From Kudoa neothunni (taxonomy: Eukaryota > Animalia > Cnidaria): a stretch of DNA of 64,000 nucleotides. The position numbers and the translations under genes were made by a program. Every line of letters begins with the position of its first letter. Within the stretch, counting starts at the first letter, position 1. Positions 14,101-26,844 of the stretch are shown one piece after another. The DNA lies in NCBI GenBank assembly GCA_964304625.1, contig OZ199839.1, positions 10,387,287 to 10,451,286 of the forward strand. Reading direction: 5' to 3'. The notes below the pieces were generated by a model. It was given only the letters and a program-made list of their open reading frames with translations, did no database searches and was not told the origin of the DNA.

Positions 14101-16498
14101 TTATCAACACGTTCATAAGTATAATTTAAAGGTTTACAAAAAGTTGTGCATATAAACGAATAAGATGTATTTTGTATAATACTCGAAAAATTTATTATTA
14201 AATAGTTTCATTGATTATAAATTTTGATTGATGATAACAAATAATTTTGTAGTTTAAAAACGTAGAGAAAATTGAGAACATTTAGATTTATTGACTCGAT
14301 AACAGTTGTAGCTGTATAGGACAATGTTCTACTAGAAACTCTTAATATTAATAAGCAATTTTTTCTTTCTATATTTAAATTGTAAGTTGCACATAAAGAA
14401 AATTAATTCAAGGTGGTGACGTTGAGCACCATACATTTATTCATTACCCATATATTTCCATTAGAAAATGATTTGTCATGAAAATTTAAAATTGGAACGT
14501 AATAATAGGCTCAGCGACTGGGAATTATATAATTTCTTCGCCTTAGATATTGCAGTTGATATTATGCACGTAATATGGGGTGTTGCAAGTTGCCGCCCCT
14601 GTTGTAGTCGGGTTGTCGGTTGTTATTTTGGATGGCAAATTCATTTGAAAATCAACCTCGAGTTTTCCGATAATTAGATAATAGCATTGTCTAATTATTA
14701 TCTATATATTTGAGGAATTTCTTGTTTATTATCGCTTTTTTTCTTAGAAATGATGACTATGAATTGCTTGTATTTTTTTCTATCTGGCTAAAGATTTTTA
14801 CATTTGGGGTGGCTATTTTTATTTGTTACTGAGTAAAAATCACATAAAACAAATTTTTTTATCCAGGTGAGCGAATTAAGTTGAAAAATCTCTGAGGTTA
14901 ATTTGTTGAAAGTTATTAAAGAAAATAGTGCTGCATATGTATTAAGCAGATAAAACAATCATTAGAAGTTATATCTCTACATTTAACTATTGGTAGTTTC
15001 ATTAACACTAAAAAGTATAATATAAAGGAAATAATTTGTTATGATGAAACTACCTTCTTTGATTTAATTATCACTTTTAGTTGGAATGTTGAAACAATTA
15101 TGAATAGAGTATTCTGCTGATTATATCTACCAAATAAATAGCTTAGTTCTTTAGAACCAGAAACCATATATCGTAAAATTTAACTTTTCAACATTCTATA
15201 GATAGTTAAGGGAAAGTTTTTTGAAACAAGATAATAATATCATCAAATATCCAAAAAAGCATTACAATATTAAAAAGTGATGTAAATATATTAGTTTTCT
15301 CAGATTGTTCAATGTAAGTGAATGTTTATCGCCTTAATTACATCCAAAGGGCGAAAACAAACATTTTAATATGCATGCGTACAACGAACTAATTCGGCCA
15401 TGTTGATTATGTTATTTTTATTATTGATGCATATGATTCCATATTTAATATTCTATTTTATATCTCTTTGCCTCTTGTAGTCATTTTTACAGGCCATAAC
15501 ACTCACTCGCGTAAAGCAACCTTTATGCATTCTAATTCTAAAATTTAAGTTTGATTAATGATTTGGACGCGTTATCATTATTTCTCCTTAGCGATTGCGT
15601 ACTATTTATTTAAGAAATTTATAAAAATAAGTATGTCACAATTTTTAAAACCATGAGGTGTTCAATTGTAGCAAATATTTAACGTTACTACCAACAAAAA
15701 TTCTTTGATGAAACACAGACATTCCTACCAGAAATCGATCAATAAATACCACATAATTATAATTTATAATTTTGGGTATAATTATCGGTCGAGCTATAAT
15801 CTTTAATCGTTAAATGTGGTCAATATTCTGTACTTTTACTGTTTTACGCATTTATCCCCTTACCCTGAAGGGATTACGTAACACTGGTTACCAGCTGTAA
15901 CTACATGAGAATTTTAAGATAAAATACAATTGAACAATATAGATTATCTCTAAGATTAAAACTTTAAAAATTAATTAAATAATTTCTTTAAATTTTACTC
16001 TGATTTTGTTGAGGTTCGATATCCAGATGAGTTAATCACATTGAATCATGCGCAATCACCAACCAGTGGTTTTTGGGTAAGTGATATAATTATGTGTATT
16101 GAAATATCTCAAGTTTACTCGAATCATTCTTATTATATCATTGAAATCTCATCTTTATTTTTTATAAATTGAAATTGTATTACTATGTATGCAGTAAGGT
16201 AAATGAAACAACACGTCTACACCTTTATTGCGTAATCAATAATCCGACGACTGGATTATACAATATTCACGTTGAAATTGTCATTTTATGCTCTTTTTGT
16301 CATATACAGTGATCATAAGACTAAAACCGCAATTAAGTTTTTAATAATTATTAATTTCAAAGTTTCGATTGGATTGTCTAATATCATTACGAAATCGGTA
16401 TAGATTAAACTTGAAAGTCGTAATCACGAACGTTCAGAGTGTGGCTGTCGTATTTTTTACGTTGAATAACATTTTCTACCTAATTTGGATCTATTCGA

Positions 16499-19400
16499 AT
16501 GTCAGAAACAGAAAAGGTTCCATCAACCGATCCATCCCCATCAACACTTGTTGAAGGGCTCCCTGCCAAACAACATTCTCCGGGAAACCACGATTCTTCA
16601 CCTAGTCAACATTTGAATGATCCTATGTATCATCCAAGAGAAATAACACTGAAAACTAAAGATGGATCGTTTGGATTCCATCTTAAGGGGCCCCTAAAAA
16701 GTGGAAATCCTATGCGATTTTTAAATGGACGATTATACCCACCATTACATTACATTTATTCGATGGATCAATATAGTAGTGCGATAAAATCTGGCCTGAA
16801 GATCTATGACGCAATTCTTGAAATGTATAGCTTGAGTGTGTTGTTGGCGGTATGACATTTTTTATCTAGAAATGAGGTCGATGTCGGTGGACTAAGCTAT
16901 AATAGTGTACAGGAGTTGATTAACGAATGTGAAAAGAATCAGACAATTCAACTAAAAGTTATGTACCCTGATAATATAAATACTTTGAAAGAGTTCAGTG
17001 AAGTTCCATCGAACCAGTATGATTTTGGAAATTGTGTTGCAAGTATGAAACACCTAATGAAATCTTTACCTCCGAACAAAAGTACGAGCACATCTCTTAT
17101 GTAATTTACACCCATATTTACAGTTTCTTTTTAATTAACAGCATCTGCCACCTCTCAAAGTATTGAAATGTTAAATAAATCGGATTTGATTTCGCCATTG
17201 AACAAAGACCAACACATTGGATGTATATTTACAATCTTAATAATGCTGTTAACTCAACCTAGCTACCATTCCCTCGAATTATCACATCTATCCACATTCA
17301 CCAAAAATCGATTCCAATCATTATAGCGATGACAATCTACTTAATATAATCTGTATTCCTGTTGTTCGGTTTATAAAATGCTTCGGAAAAGAATGTGCTG
17401 TATTTGAACTGGTTTCTTGAGAGTCACTGACTTGCAATTAGTTTTACGACATTTATCAAGGTGAACACTTTCTTGTCTCACGACGATTTAACGATTTTAA
17501 ATCTTATGATAAACATGTATTCACATTGTAAATTGATAGAATTTGTTATAATTTTTTTTGGCTCAACAACTAGATGAGATCGCTTGTTGATGATTTCCCT
17601 GATCTTCCAAGTGGCTGGTCCATTTTTATGGATAACAATCAGATCGATACAAGACGAGTAGAATTGGAGAGCTATTTGAAAAAAGGTTTCTTATTTTTTC
17701 ATTTTAATCAATATTTTTCGTTTATCAATGCAAACTAACAGTCTTGTCTTGTGTTGTGTTTTTAAAGATTATAATTGTGCTTAGGTGGATTAATCTCCTG
17801 TTGAAACATATTCGTTAAATGAGCTTATAACTGTATAATTATATCTTTCATAATAAGTAAGTATGATATATTTTAAAGTTTTTATTCAATGTATTCGGCA
17901 TATTTAATTATTTTATTACTTAAAGTATGTGTAAAGTTTTTATTGAAAATTAATTGGTGTTGTTATTATTTTTTATAACAAATGAAAAAATAAATAAAAT
18001 AACTTAATTTATGAGTAATTTAAATGATTAAAATAATTTAAGAGAACCAATCGGCAGCTTAGTTATACTTCTTGGAAAAGTGTTGTTATAAATAGAGACG
18101 TTAACTTTAAAAATCGGTAGTATGATTAAAAATCTTAACAAAAGATAAATAAATAAAATGGCAATAATGTAAAATATGACACACGTGATAATTTTAAGAG
18201 CAATTCATAAAATGTAAGAATTAAATACATTTTTGTTAATTCAAAACCAAATTCTTATTTATTGCTAGCGCGTGTGAATATTTTATCTTATATTTCTTAT
18301 TAAAATGTTATTTTTCATTATAATAACAATTTTCTGCATACATTAAACCCAAAAAATCTTGGATCCTTTTTATCCTAAAGCCTGTTGGAGGGTTAAATTT
18401 AGCACAATCTAAAAAATTAAATCTTCAGAAAGTTTTTCAGTAAAAATTTCTTGGGTTAAAAATTGTCATTAGGCGGGAGCATATAACTTAGCATTAGAAT
18501 TTATCGTGGAAATGCCCCCATCCTTAGCTAGCCCAGTGTAAACCCTCAAAGCAGATTTCCCAACGTGGGCGTGAAAAAATTTTTGTGGGACGTGGAAAAT
18601 TCTAAGTATTGTTATGGAATGGATAATGGTGGGATAATTGGGCATTATGATGTACTTTGATGTCAGTATCGCTTATTTTTAAGTGACGATTAACATCTTA
18701 AAAAACACAAAAAGCAATTCCTTATTATAAAAAAACGAATAATAATATTTAACATGTCCTTTACCCGAATAGAATCATAATCGTTTAATCATTTTTTTGA
18801 TTAAACCTGATATAATGTTGATTAATTTTTTATTTTTACCCTTTATTTTCCGTTTATTAGTCCCGTATCCGTATACATGAAAGTCTTTCCTAATGAACGT
18901 TGTATTATCAGGGGTTTTATTTGACGCTGTTTTTGACAGAATGAAGAATTAAAGATATTAATTTTTAAGGTCCGTCGTTAAACTAAGTTAGATCTAATCG
19001 AATATATTTGAATGAAAAAAGTATATATATTAATTGCTTTTAAATTTCAAGGTTATAAGGAGCTTTATTCAATGTTATAAAACGGTTCAAGTTAAAAAAA
19101 TCAATACTTTTGAAAAAACTGTTGACAATCCCTACTCTAGAGGTTTTGAGATTTAAAAGATTCAAATAATTATTAGAGGCTGGTGTTTTTAGGTGGTTAA
19201 TAACAAATGATATATTTGCGAAAGTGGTAAAGACTCTCATTTCTAATATGTGGCGTATCAAAGTTTTTTGAGCCATTTAGACATAAAAATAAATATTTTA
19301 AACTTGTAGAAACGCTAAAATAAATTCACGTAATTTCTCTAAATTATTTGGGAATAGGAATTGGCTAGGATTAGTTGGAATTCGTATTGACTTAATGAAT

Positions 19401-22400
19401 TTTTTATTTTAAATAACTATTTTTACAAATATGAGAACTTGATCAAGATATTACACCTATTTTTACCCTCTAAAGCTTATTTTAACGAGAAGGGAAGAAA
19501 TTTGGTTGTAAAACTAATATTATTCTGTATAAATCTAATTAATTGTTTTGATATGAATTTTGCATATTCTGAGGTTTTTGGAGCCAAAAATGATTATAAT
19601 GTAAAAATTTCCTACTAATAAGATTGGAAGCTATAAGCACAATTTACACTGTCTTTAGATTGCTTATAGTCGGAGAAAATCATTTCTATATAGCAATTAT
19701 TGTTATTATCAAGCTGTGTATTCTATTTAATTGATAATGGCTTGATTTCTTTAAGTAAAATTATTCTTATTACAATATTTTATTGCTCTCAGTAGTCATG
19801 ATACAAATAATCATTTTTTCAAGGATAAGAAAAATTTTTGTTAATCACTATCTAACGAGTTTTTTAATTGCGCCAAATAGAGAAATCTGTAATAACTTCC
19901 CATAGAAAATCCACTTGCTCATACTTAACTGGATATAATGCAAATGGACATAAAAGGATTATACAATCGAACCTCGATTATCCGGAATCTCGGGAACTGG
20001 AACTACTATATAATTTTAATTCCGAATAAAAAATACCACATGTCACCGTGCGACATATAAAATGTAGCATATATACCGATGCAAAATTTAAAACAAAAAT
20101 ATTTCTAGGTTAATTAATTATAAATCGTTCTTTTAAAACTTAAGTTAAGCATTCAGTTCTCATATAAATTTGTGCTACATCTGAACATATACATTTACGT
20201 ATATTTAACAAACGTTAATTATCGATTATTTAAAAAGAAAGATTAACCCTCTGTAGACGTGTTTTTCTTCTATAATTATATACTGTTTTTTCTTTATATC
20301 TCCATCTGCTTAGTTAATAGATATGCCAATAATTTTAATTTAAGTTACAGAAGTTAAACCATTTTTCTTAATAAATAGTAAAAGTTGTTTATAAAACTGG
20401 TTAAAAATCGTTTAAGTAGAAATTAAAAAAATGAGTGCGCACATCAAGTTTTATATGTTCGATTATATATATTAGATGTCATAAACAAAATTAATTGCCA
20501 ACTTCGTTGTTTTAAATAAATTTTTCCCGCCGATAAGTTTAGGTTAGAAAATGGAATCGAAATATTTTGTTATTGTTAAAATATCACTGTAATATACATT
20601 AAATTTTATTATTATTATTATTAATTAAATTTAATAAAAAATAAACTTTTATTATCGTTTATAACGTGAACTGGTAATATACTTATGCCAAATAAATAGA
20701 AAGTGGGAAAAATAATAACTGGCATAATATCGAAAGTTTAATATATATTGCCAACAGTACAACGACATGAATGTTATGTTCCAAGTAATATCCTCGTTTT
20801 AAATCTAATGGATGTCAATTTAAATCGTATGACAGTTAATGAACAAGCTTTCCTTAATTTTCAAACATGGATTTGATTAATAAATTGTTAGTTATTTATA
20901 ATTTTGCCAGAGTTCTTTAAATTAAATGTTCATTTTATTATTTTGCAACAATTTTAATAAAATTTTTTCGGAATTAAAGTTCATTTGAGGGAGTATTTTT
21001 AACTGATTAATTAAGTTTATAAGATTTTTCAATTTAAACAGATTTTAACGGCTGATAATAACCTAGGCCTTGTTTTTTATGTGATAATACAATACTTTCT
21101 AACTTGTACTAAAGCTGTTTTGCTTTAAATTAAAATTAGTGAATGAATTGATGATTCTTGTGTTGAGTTTATGTTAATTTATTTTGTTAGTTGCAAGCTC
21201 GCTCATCCTACTAAAATTGGCACCAACGCGATTGTTCCTCGGACTTGGTACCGCCAAATATAACGTATTTATTACTATTACTCATATTAGTCAATTTATG
21301 AGAGTGGAATATTATGCTAACGTTCGACTCCAATTACTAGGATCGAATTCTTTCTTTGTGTGATCCTTCAAAAGAAACATCTAGTAACGAATCGGAATCT
21401 AGTGATGATTATGAATCAATATCTGAGCAAGACAAACTACGTCCAGCGTCTTCATCTCTCCCCATCGCTAATAATGCCATGGATGCTATCTTTAGTTCTT
21501 GTGACTCGTTGAGTTTGCCTACTTTCGAAGAGTGCAACAAAAAATCCACAAAATTCCTCATATCAATAGTTCTACCAGATTACAGCCTGCGTTTGCCACT
21601 TATAGTGTACGAACAACAAACTGTGCTTAGTGTATTGAAGGTGGGAAAATCATAATTGTGGAAGTCGTAATTTCTCTTTTAGGCTCTCTGCAGAGAATTT
21701 AATTTCCCCATGGAAACCATCAAACACTTTGCTTTATTTCATTGTCCAACAACTTATCACGGAGGTATGTTGCAATTACGTTTCTCTTTATGCCCATTTT
21801 TAATGGGAAGAGTTTGTTGTCGCGGTAAATGATGTTACTTCTTAAATTCTTCAAATCAGTTTTGTGATATTTTTAAGAACAGTTATTTTCAGCCTGCTTG
21901 TTAAACATAATAAAATAACGTTCCCTACCTAACTAGTTCCAGTTAGGGTCGAAAAATTTACAAGAATAAAATTTTATAATTTTTTATTTCCATTTTAATT
22001 ATATAATTTACTCTTTAGTCGTTTTCTACATTCCTGATTTATTATCGTTGTTAGATATGCTAATAGCAACATCTCATTAGACATTTGAATCGTTATTATT
22101 TCAACGATTATAAAATAAGAATTTTTTTCTCATAAATCTGTATAGTAAATATTACCAAATTAAATAAACATGAATGTTGTGATAATATTTTAGTTTCATT
22201 TTTTTGTTAAAAATTAATTTAATGTATAATTGTGTTAATTGATCTTATCACTCAAAATATTTACCTACAATTAATATTGAATGAATGATTAGTTGCAATA
22301 TGAAACTTATGCTTAGCCCAGAGGTGCACAAACTTTTGGAGCTTCGGACCAAATTTTAATCTTCGAAAACTTCCAGAGACCAGAAAGTTTAAAACTAAAG

Positions 22401-25036
22401 TTATGGCTCATACATTGGATAAATTGACAAATTTGAAACACAATATTCAAAATAATTTACAAATAATAAGTTTAATAAATGTTTTAAATTGAATAACGAA
22501 TAACATAGAAAACAAATAATATTCGTCCCCTATTGAATAAAACAATATTTTTCTGTCTAGGCGTCATTAAATTTTCTATTATTATCGTCAACTTCTTCTC
22601 GAATTTCAGTCATCTTAATTTGGAAATAAAATAAAAATTAGCTGAATTAAATATGAGATACACCTTGGGTGAGCAAAATGGTTGTATGCGCACAATATAA
22701 ATACCTTATTATTTCGCATCGTTTATAAAACGTACTTTAATTATTATTCTTATTTTAACTGAACTCTAACTAAAGGTCAGTATTGCAAAGCGAATTTTTA
22801 AATTGTAAATACGCTCAGTATCTATATGATTTTCTTCTCCTCCATACACACTCAAGAAGAATTAATTAAAATTGGTACATGAAATTTGATTAAAAAACGT
22901 TTTTTTCCATATCACATGGTGAAGTTGCTAATAGCAAGAAATCTGTTTGTCTATTTAGAGGAGTTTTTTTTGATGTTTCGTTCCTAATGGTTCGTACATA
23001 TTAAAAAAACTCAAATAAACTTTCTTAGTAGCTTCATTAGGTGTTTCCAATATATTCACCATCGAGAAAAAACCATTGGAAGTTAAATAATCAAACGCTT
23101 TTTTCATTTAATTTAAAAAATATACCATTAATCTGAACTTAATTGGGGTTCATCAGGGACTACAAAAAAGTTCATTGGGGGATGGAGTTTGTGCACCCCT
23201 GGTTTAGCCTAAATATTTTATAAATTTTTAGTTTGGTTTCGGTATATTTTATTCATGATTTATTGGAATAATCTTACGATGATTTCGGTAATTAAAATGC
23301 AAATTAAATTGATTTTTGAGTAATAAAAAACTCTTTCATTATAAAATTTTCATTGATATCGATTAAATTGATGAAATTTCCGCATGTACATGCAAAATTG
23401 ATTGCTGTTTAGGCATAACGTGCTCGTAGATTTTTCATACTTTGTACAATAAATATGAAATTGAAAGTTTGTCCACAAATATATTCCTTATACTTATTTA
23501 ATTATTTAATAATGCATGATAAAATAGATTTAAGAAAGAATAATAGAAAAAGTCATTCAATTGCTGTAATAATTAACAATTAATATTTATTTAACGCTAA
23601 AATTCGGATTAAAGGAGGTTAGAATTTGTCCATATTAAGCACCTACATTAAATTCAATTCTGAAAATTTACTTTTAGTTAACTCTTTTGTTTCGCTTTAA
23701 ATTGCAAAATTTATTCCATCTTAATAAAAAATGTCGACTAAATAATATATGTATCAAAATTGAAAATTTATTCTAATTTATTGAGATAGATTATTTGTAA
23801 AGATAATTTTTCAATAATTTTGAATAATGAAAGAACGGAAGGAACAATCACGGTTCGTCTTAATTTAGGTTAGACTCTTGCATTTGTTGACACTTAATTT
23901 TTCTTATAAAATAAAAAAATTAATTTTTGCATTTACATTTTCTCAAGAGTTTATTTGCATTAAAAACCGCAGGATAAAATCAACTAAATGCGCATGCATT
24001 ATTTTATATAAAATAAAATAATAAAGAATTTTATTAAGAATAAACTTTACCGTGACAATGACTGTGTTGATTATGCAATAATTATCCTTTTAAAATTAGG
24101 TGTTATTTTAAGAAAGAATTGTATTCCATTCCAGATATTTCTGCAGGATTATATTCACTATCACCACTATTCGCTGTGTATTAAACGATGGCGACTTGAA
24201 ACTGAAAATGTATATTTTGTGATCGGCTCAGGCTCAACAAATTTTTTTAGGAAAATATATTTCTAAAAACACCGATTCTTGTAAATATTTTGTACTCTCA
24301 AGTAAATTTTTTATTTGTTGTTGTTGAAATTATCAATATTAATTCAACATTTATTCCAAGTTGTGTTTTGACATAAAATATGGAAATATGGATGAACGAG
24401 AAAGTGCGTTTGTTGTAAAACCTAATTCGCCTGATCTGCCAACAAAAGTCAAGGTGATTAATGATTAATACCTTGAGGATCCAAAATCATTGTGTACGAT
24501 GGAGCGAGCTGACTTTCTATTATAGATTTTAAAAACCGCCCGCAACTTTTCATCATACGCAACTTTCCGAATTAATATAGATAGTTTCAGCATGAACGAC
24601 ATGCTCTACAAAAATTGTGTAATTATTCTGTCACCGTTTTCCGCTCGTATTTGTTTGGATTCTGAAACCGACCGAGTATTTTTTTGCAAAAAATCACTCG
24701 ATTTATTCTTCTAATAGACAACTATATTCAGCTTTAATATAAGTGATGTTGGAAAACCGAAAATTATAGAAACCGACAACTCAACTCAACAATCTTTACA
24801 ACTTGATATCAACGATGTCAATCAATACAGTGTGGTGCTTGTATCATCAAATGTATTAACCATTTATTATTGTTTAATTGAAATAAATTAATCCATTATT
24901 TTGGTGCATATGAGTTTGTTTGTTTGTTTATTTATTAATATTATATATTGTATAGTTGGGATATTTACTGAGATGCCTGAAAAAAGTTTTCAAAACCAGA
25001 GAACGCATGTCAGTTGTGTGTAATTCAAATTTCTAG
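16499..25036 (+). CDS. SNX27: Sorting nexin-27 (PDZ, PX, RA/FERM-like)
   Basis: PDZ PREITLKTKDGSFGFHLKGPLKSGNPMRFLNGRLYPPLHYI...DAILEINEV, with the SNX27-specific beta-hairpin insert. PX FYDIYQGEHFLVSRRFNDF...FPDLPSGW...DTRRVELESYLKKV. RA/FERM IVLPDYSLRL...HFALF...CIKRW...YLLRCLKKVF...*. Long introns at about 17686-21190 and 21765-24099; stop TAG at 25034-25036. Confidence 0.93.
19961..19985 (+). mobile_element. Solo pogo/Tigger-type terminal inverted repeat remnant
   Basis: TA-CAATCGAACCTCGATTATCCGG resembles the CAGTCGAAC... termini seen at 34842/36311. No partner end was found. Confidence 0.35.
22319..23201. mobile_element. hAT (Charlie/Buster-like) non-autonomous DNA transposon in an SNX27 intron
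   Basis: TIRs CAGAGGTGCACAAACT / AGTTTGTGCACCCCTG (15/16 match). The 8-bp target-site duplication GCTTAGCC / GTTTAGCC has a central TA. Confidence 0.85.
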
Positions 25037-26068
25037 CAATCAAATTTAGTTGCGATCAGCACCACCTAATTTCACATTATTTTTACCTAGCAACACCAAA
25101 CCAACATCCCGTTTAATGTTTGGCAGTAGATTGTTACTCGTTATTTTTATTTGTGTCAAAAATCATGTATATATAATCGAAAAGTTGATTTTTTTAATTT
25201 TTTATTTAGCACAAAAATCAAATTTTCAAACTAATATTCATCCTGCTGTTCAAGAATCCAATCAGCCTTCTATATATAACTTAAAATGGGTATAATTATA
25301 AGTAAATGCTAATTTTTCATTTTTTTCGCCACAGTGTTTTCGTAAGAATTGACTCTCTTGCTTTGAACCGACTATTAATGCCAATTATTGAAATTTAATT
25401 ATTATTGTTGCTTTATTTATCGCATACGATCTTAGACACGGTCGATTATATGTAAATTTTAATGAGGAATGAGTACCGTCTAACCTTCAAAGGTCAGCGA
25501 AAACGACCACCCCCCTCCAAGACTTTTGGGGTCCAGAAAGGTCCCAGTTTTTTATTTGATGAATTAACTTAATAAATATAGATATATCATTTTATTCAGT
25601 TTAAAAAAATTTCTGTCGGCTAAATTTGAAGAAAAGAGCCGAACATTCGTGTGCTTAACCCGTTATAATCTCGTCGGATTGAATCTCACGTAATCGTTGT
25701 ATAAAACCGTTGCTGAATAATTTTAAATTTTTGAATAATAAACAATTTAAATGAATCGGTTTAACGATTAATATTTTTTAGTAAACATATTAAATTTAAT
25801 AATCTAAATTATTGTTCAATACTGTATTGTTAATTCGCTCAAATAATGCCACGCATCCCCGCTTTGCCTGCACAAAATATATGTAAACTGATGAGTGTTT
25901 TGATAAATTTCAATCTTCGGGAAGTGAATTTGAAGAAAACTACAAGGAATCATCTGAAAAGTCCATTGAATCAATGGAATGTGGAAATGCTGAAGACCCA
26001 ATAATCAGTAAAGTTGGTAATATGTAGAGTTTTAATAAACCGATAACATCAAGAATCGGTGTAACAAG

Positions 26069-26844
26069 TAAGGGTTATTAAGACGGTTCGGTTTCTGTTA
26101 TTTCAAAAACGGTTTTCGGGTTTGTAAATAATTTTTCCAATTATCAATGTCAATTTTTTTCATGCAAAAAATATGTAAAAATATGATAGATTGAAATCTC
26201 ATTTTGGTCGTTCTTTGGTTCAATATGCTCTTTAAAACAAAATTTTGAATTAAATATGATATTACCTTTAATTAATTTTATCATATACAATTATTTTTTA
26301 CCGCATTTAAAAACAATTATAAATCTTTTATGATAAAATGTTTTCAAACACATAACAAAAAATTTCTTGTCTCAAATTTCATAAATAAACACAATTGTTT
26401 CAAGTTTCGAGTTTCGAATTGCTCAATTTTGTTCTCAACGGGGAAATAGCACGGTTGTGGTTGTATAAGGTAAAACATCAATCTGAGTCAATACTCGTAG
26501 GTCTAACGTTAGTAAAAGTTTTACGAATCATTTCAAAATGATCTGACATCACACCGTGATTAATAGAATTTATAATTTCATTAAGTGCGAACAATATTTT
26601 GTTCTTTTATTGGAAAGCCAAACAAAATACAATTCCTGTAATGCTAAATACAATATTTGTTCACTGTAAAAACACATCATTAAAAAATATTTTTTGTCCT
26701 TTTACTATTTTAAAAGCGTATTTAATTATTTAAAAGACTCTATCAATTAATTATAAAAGTTAATTTATATAAATTAAAAAATAAATTTTCGTAATCGGTT
26801 TTAGTTTTGTCAACAACAGAACCGATGTTTACATGTTTACCCCT
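26069..26844 (-). mobile_element. Decayed hAT element with a transposase C-terminal dimerisation-domain remnant
   Basis: Imperfect inverted ends (taagggtt...tcggtttctgtt / aacagaaccga...tttaccccta). Minus-strand remnant at about 26380-26515 reads NVRPTSIDSD*CF...ISPLRTKLSNSKLET*KQLCLFMK, resembling the hATC PaTS..sER.FS...R..L motif. Confidence 0.6.

Noticed and set aside
13459-14677. ORFs 13459-13785 and 14468-14677
   Set aside because: AT-rich with no recognisable motifs. The first overlaps a GGG-TTAA piggyBac-like end, so these are probably transposon debris or chance ORFs.
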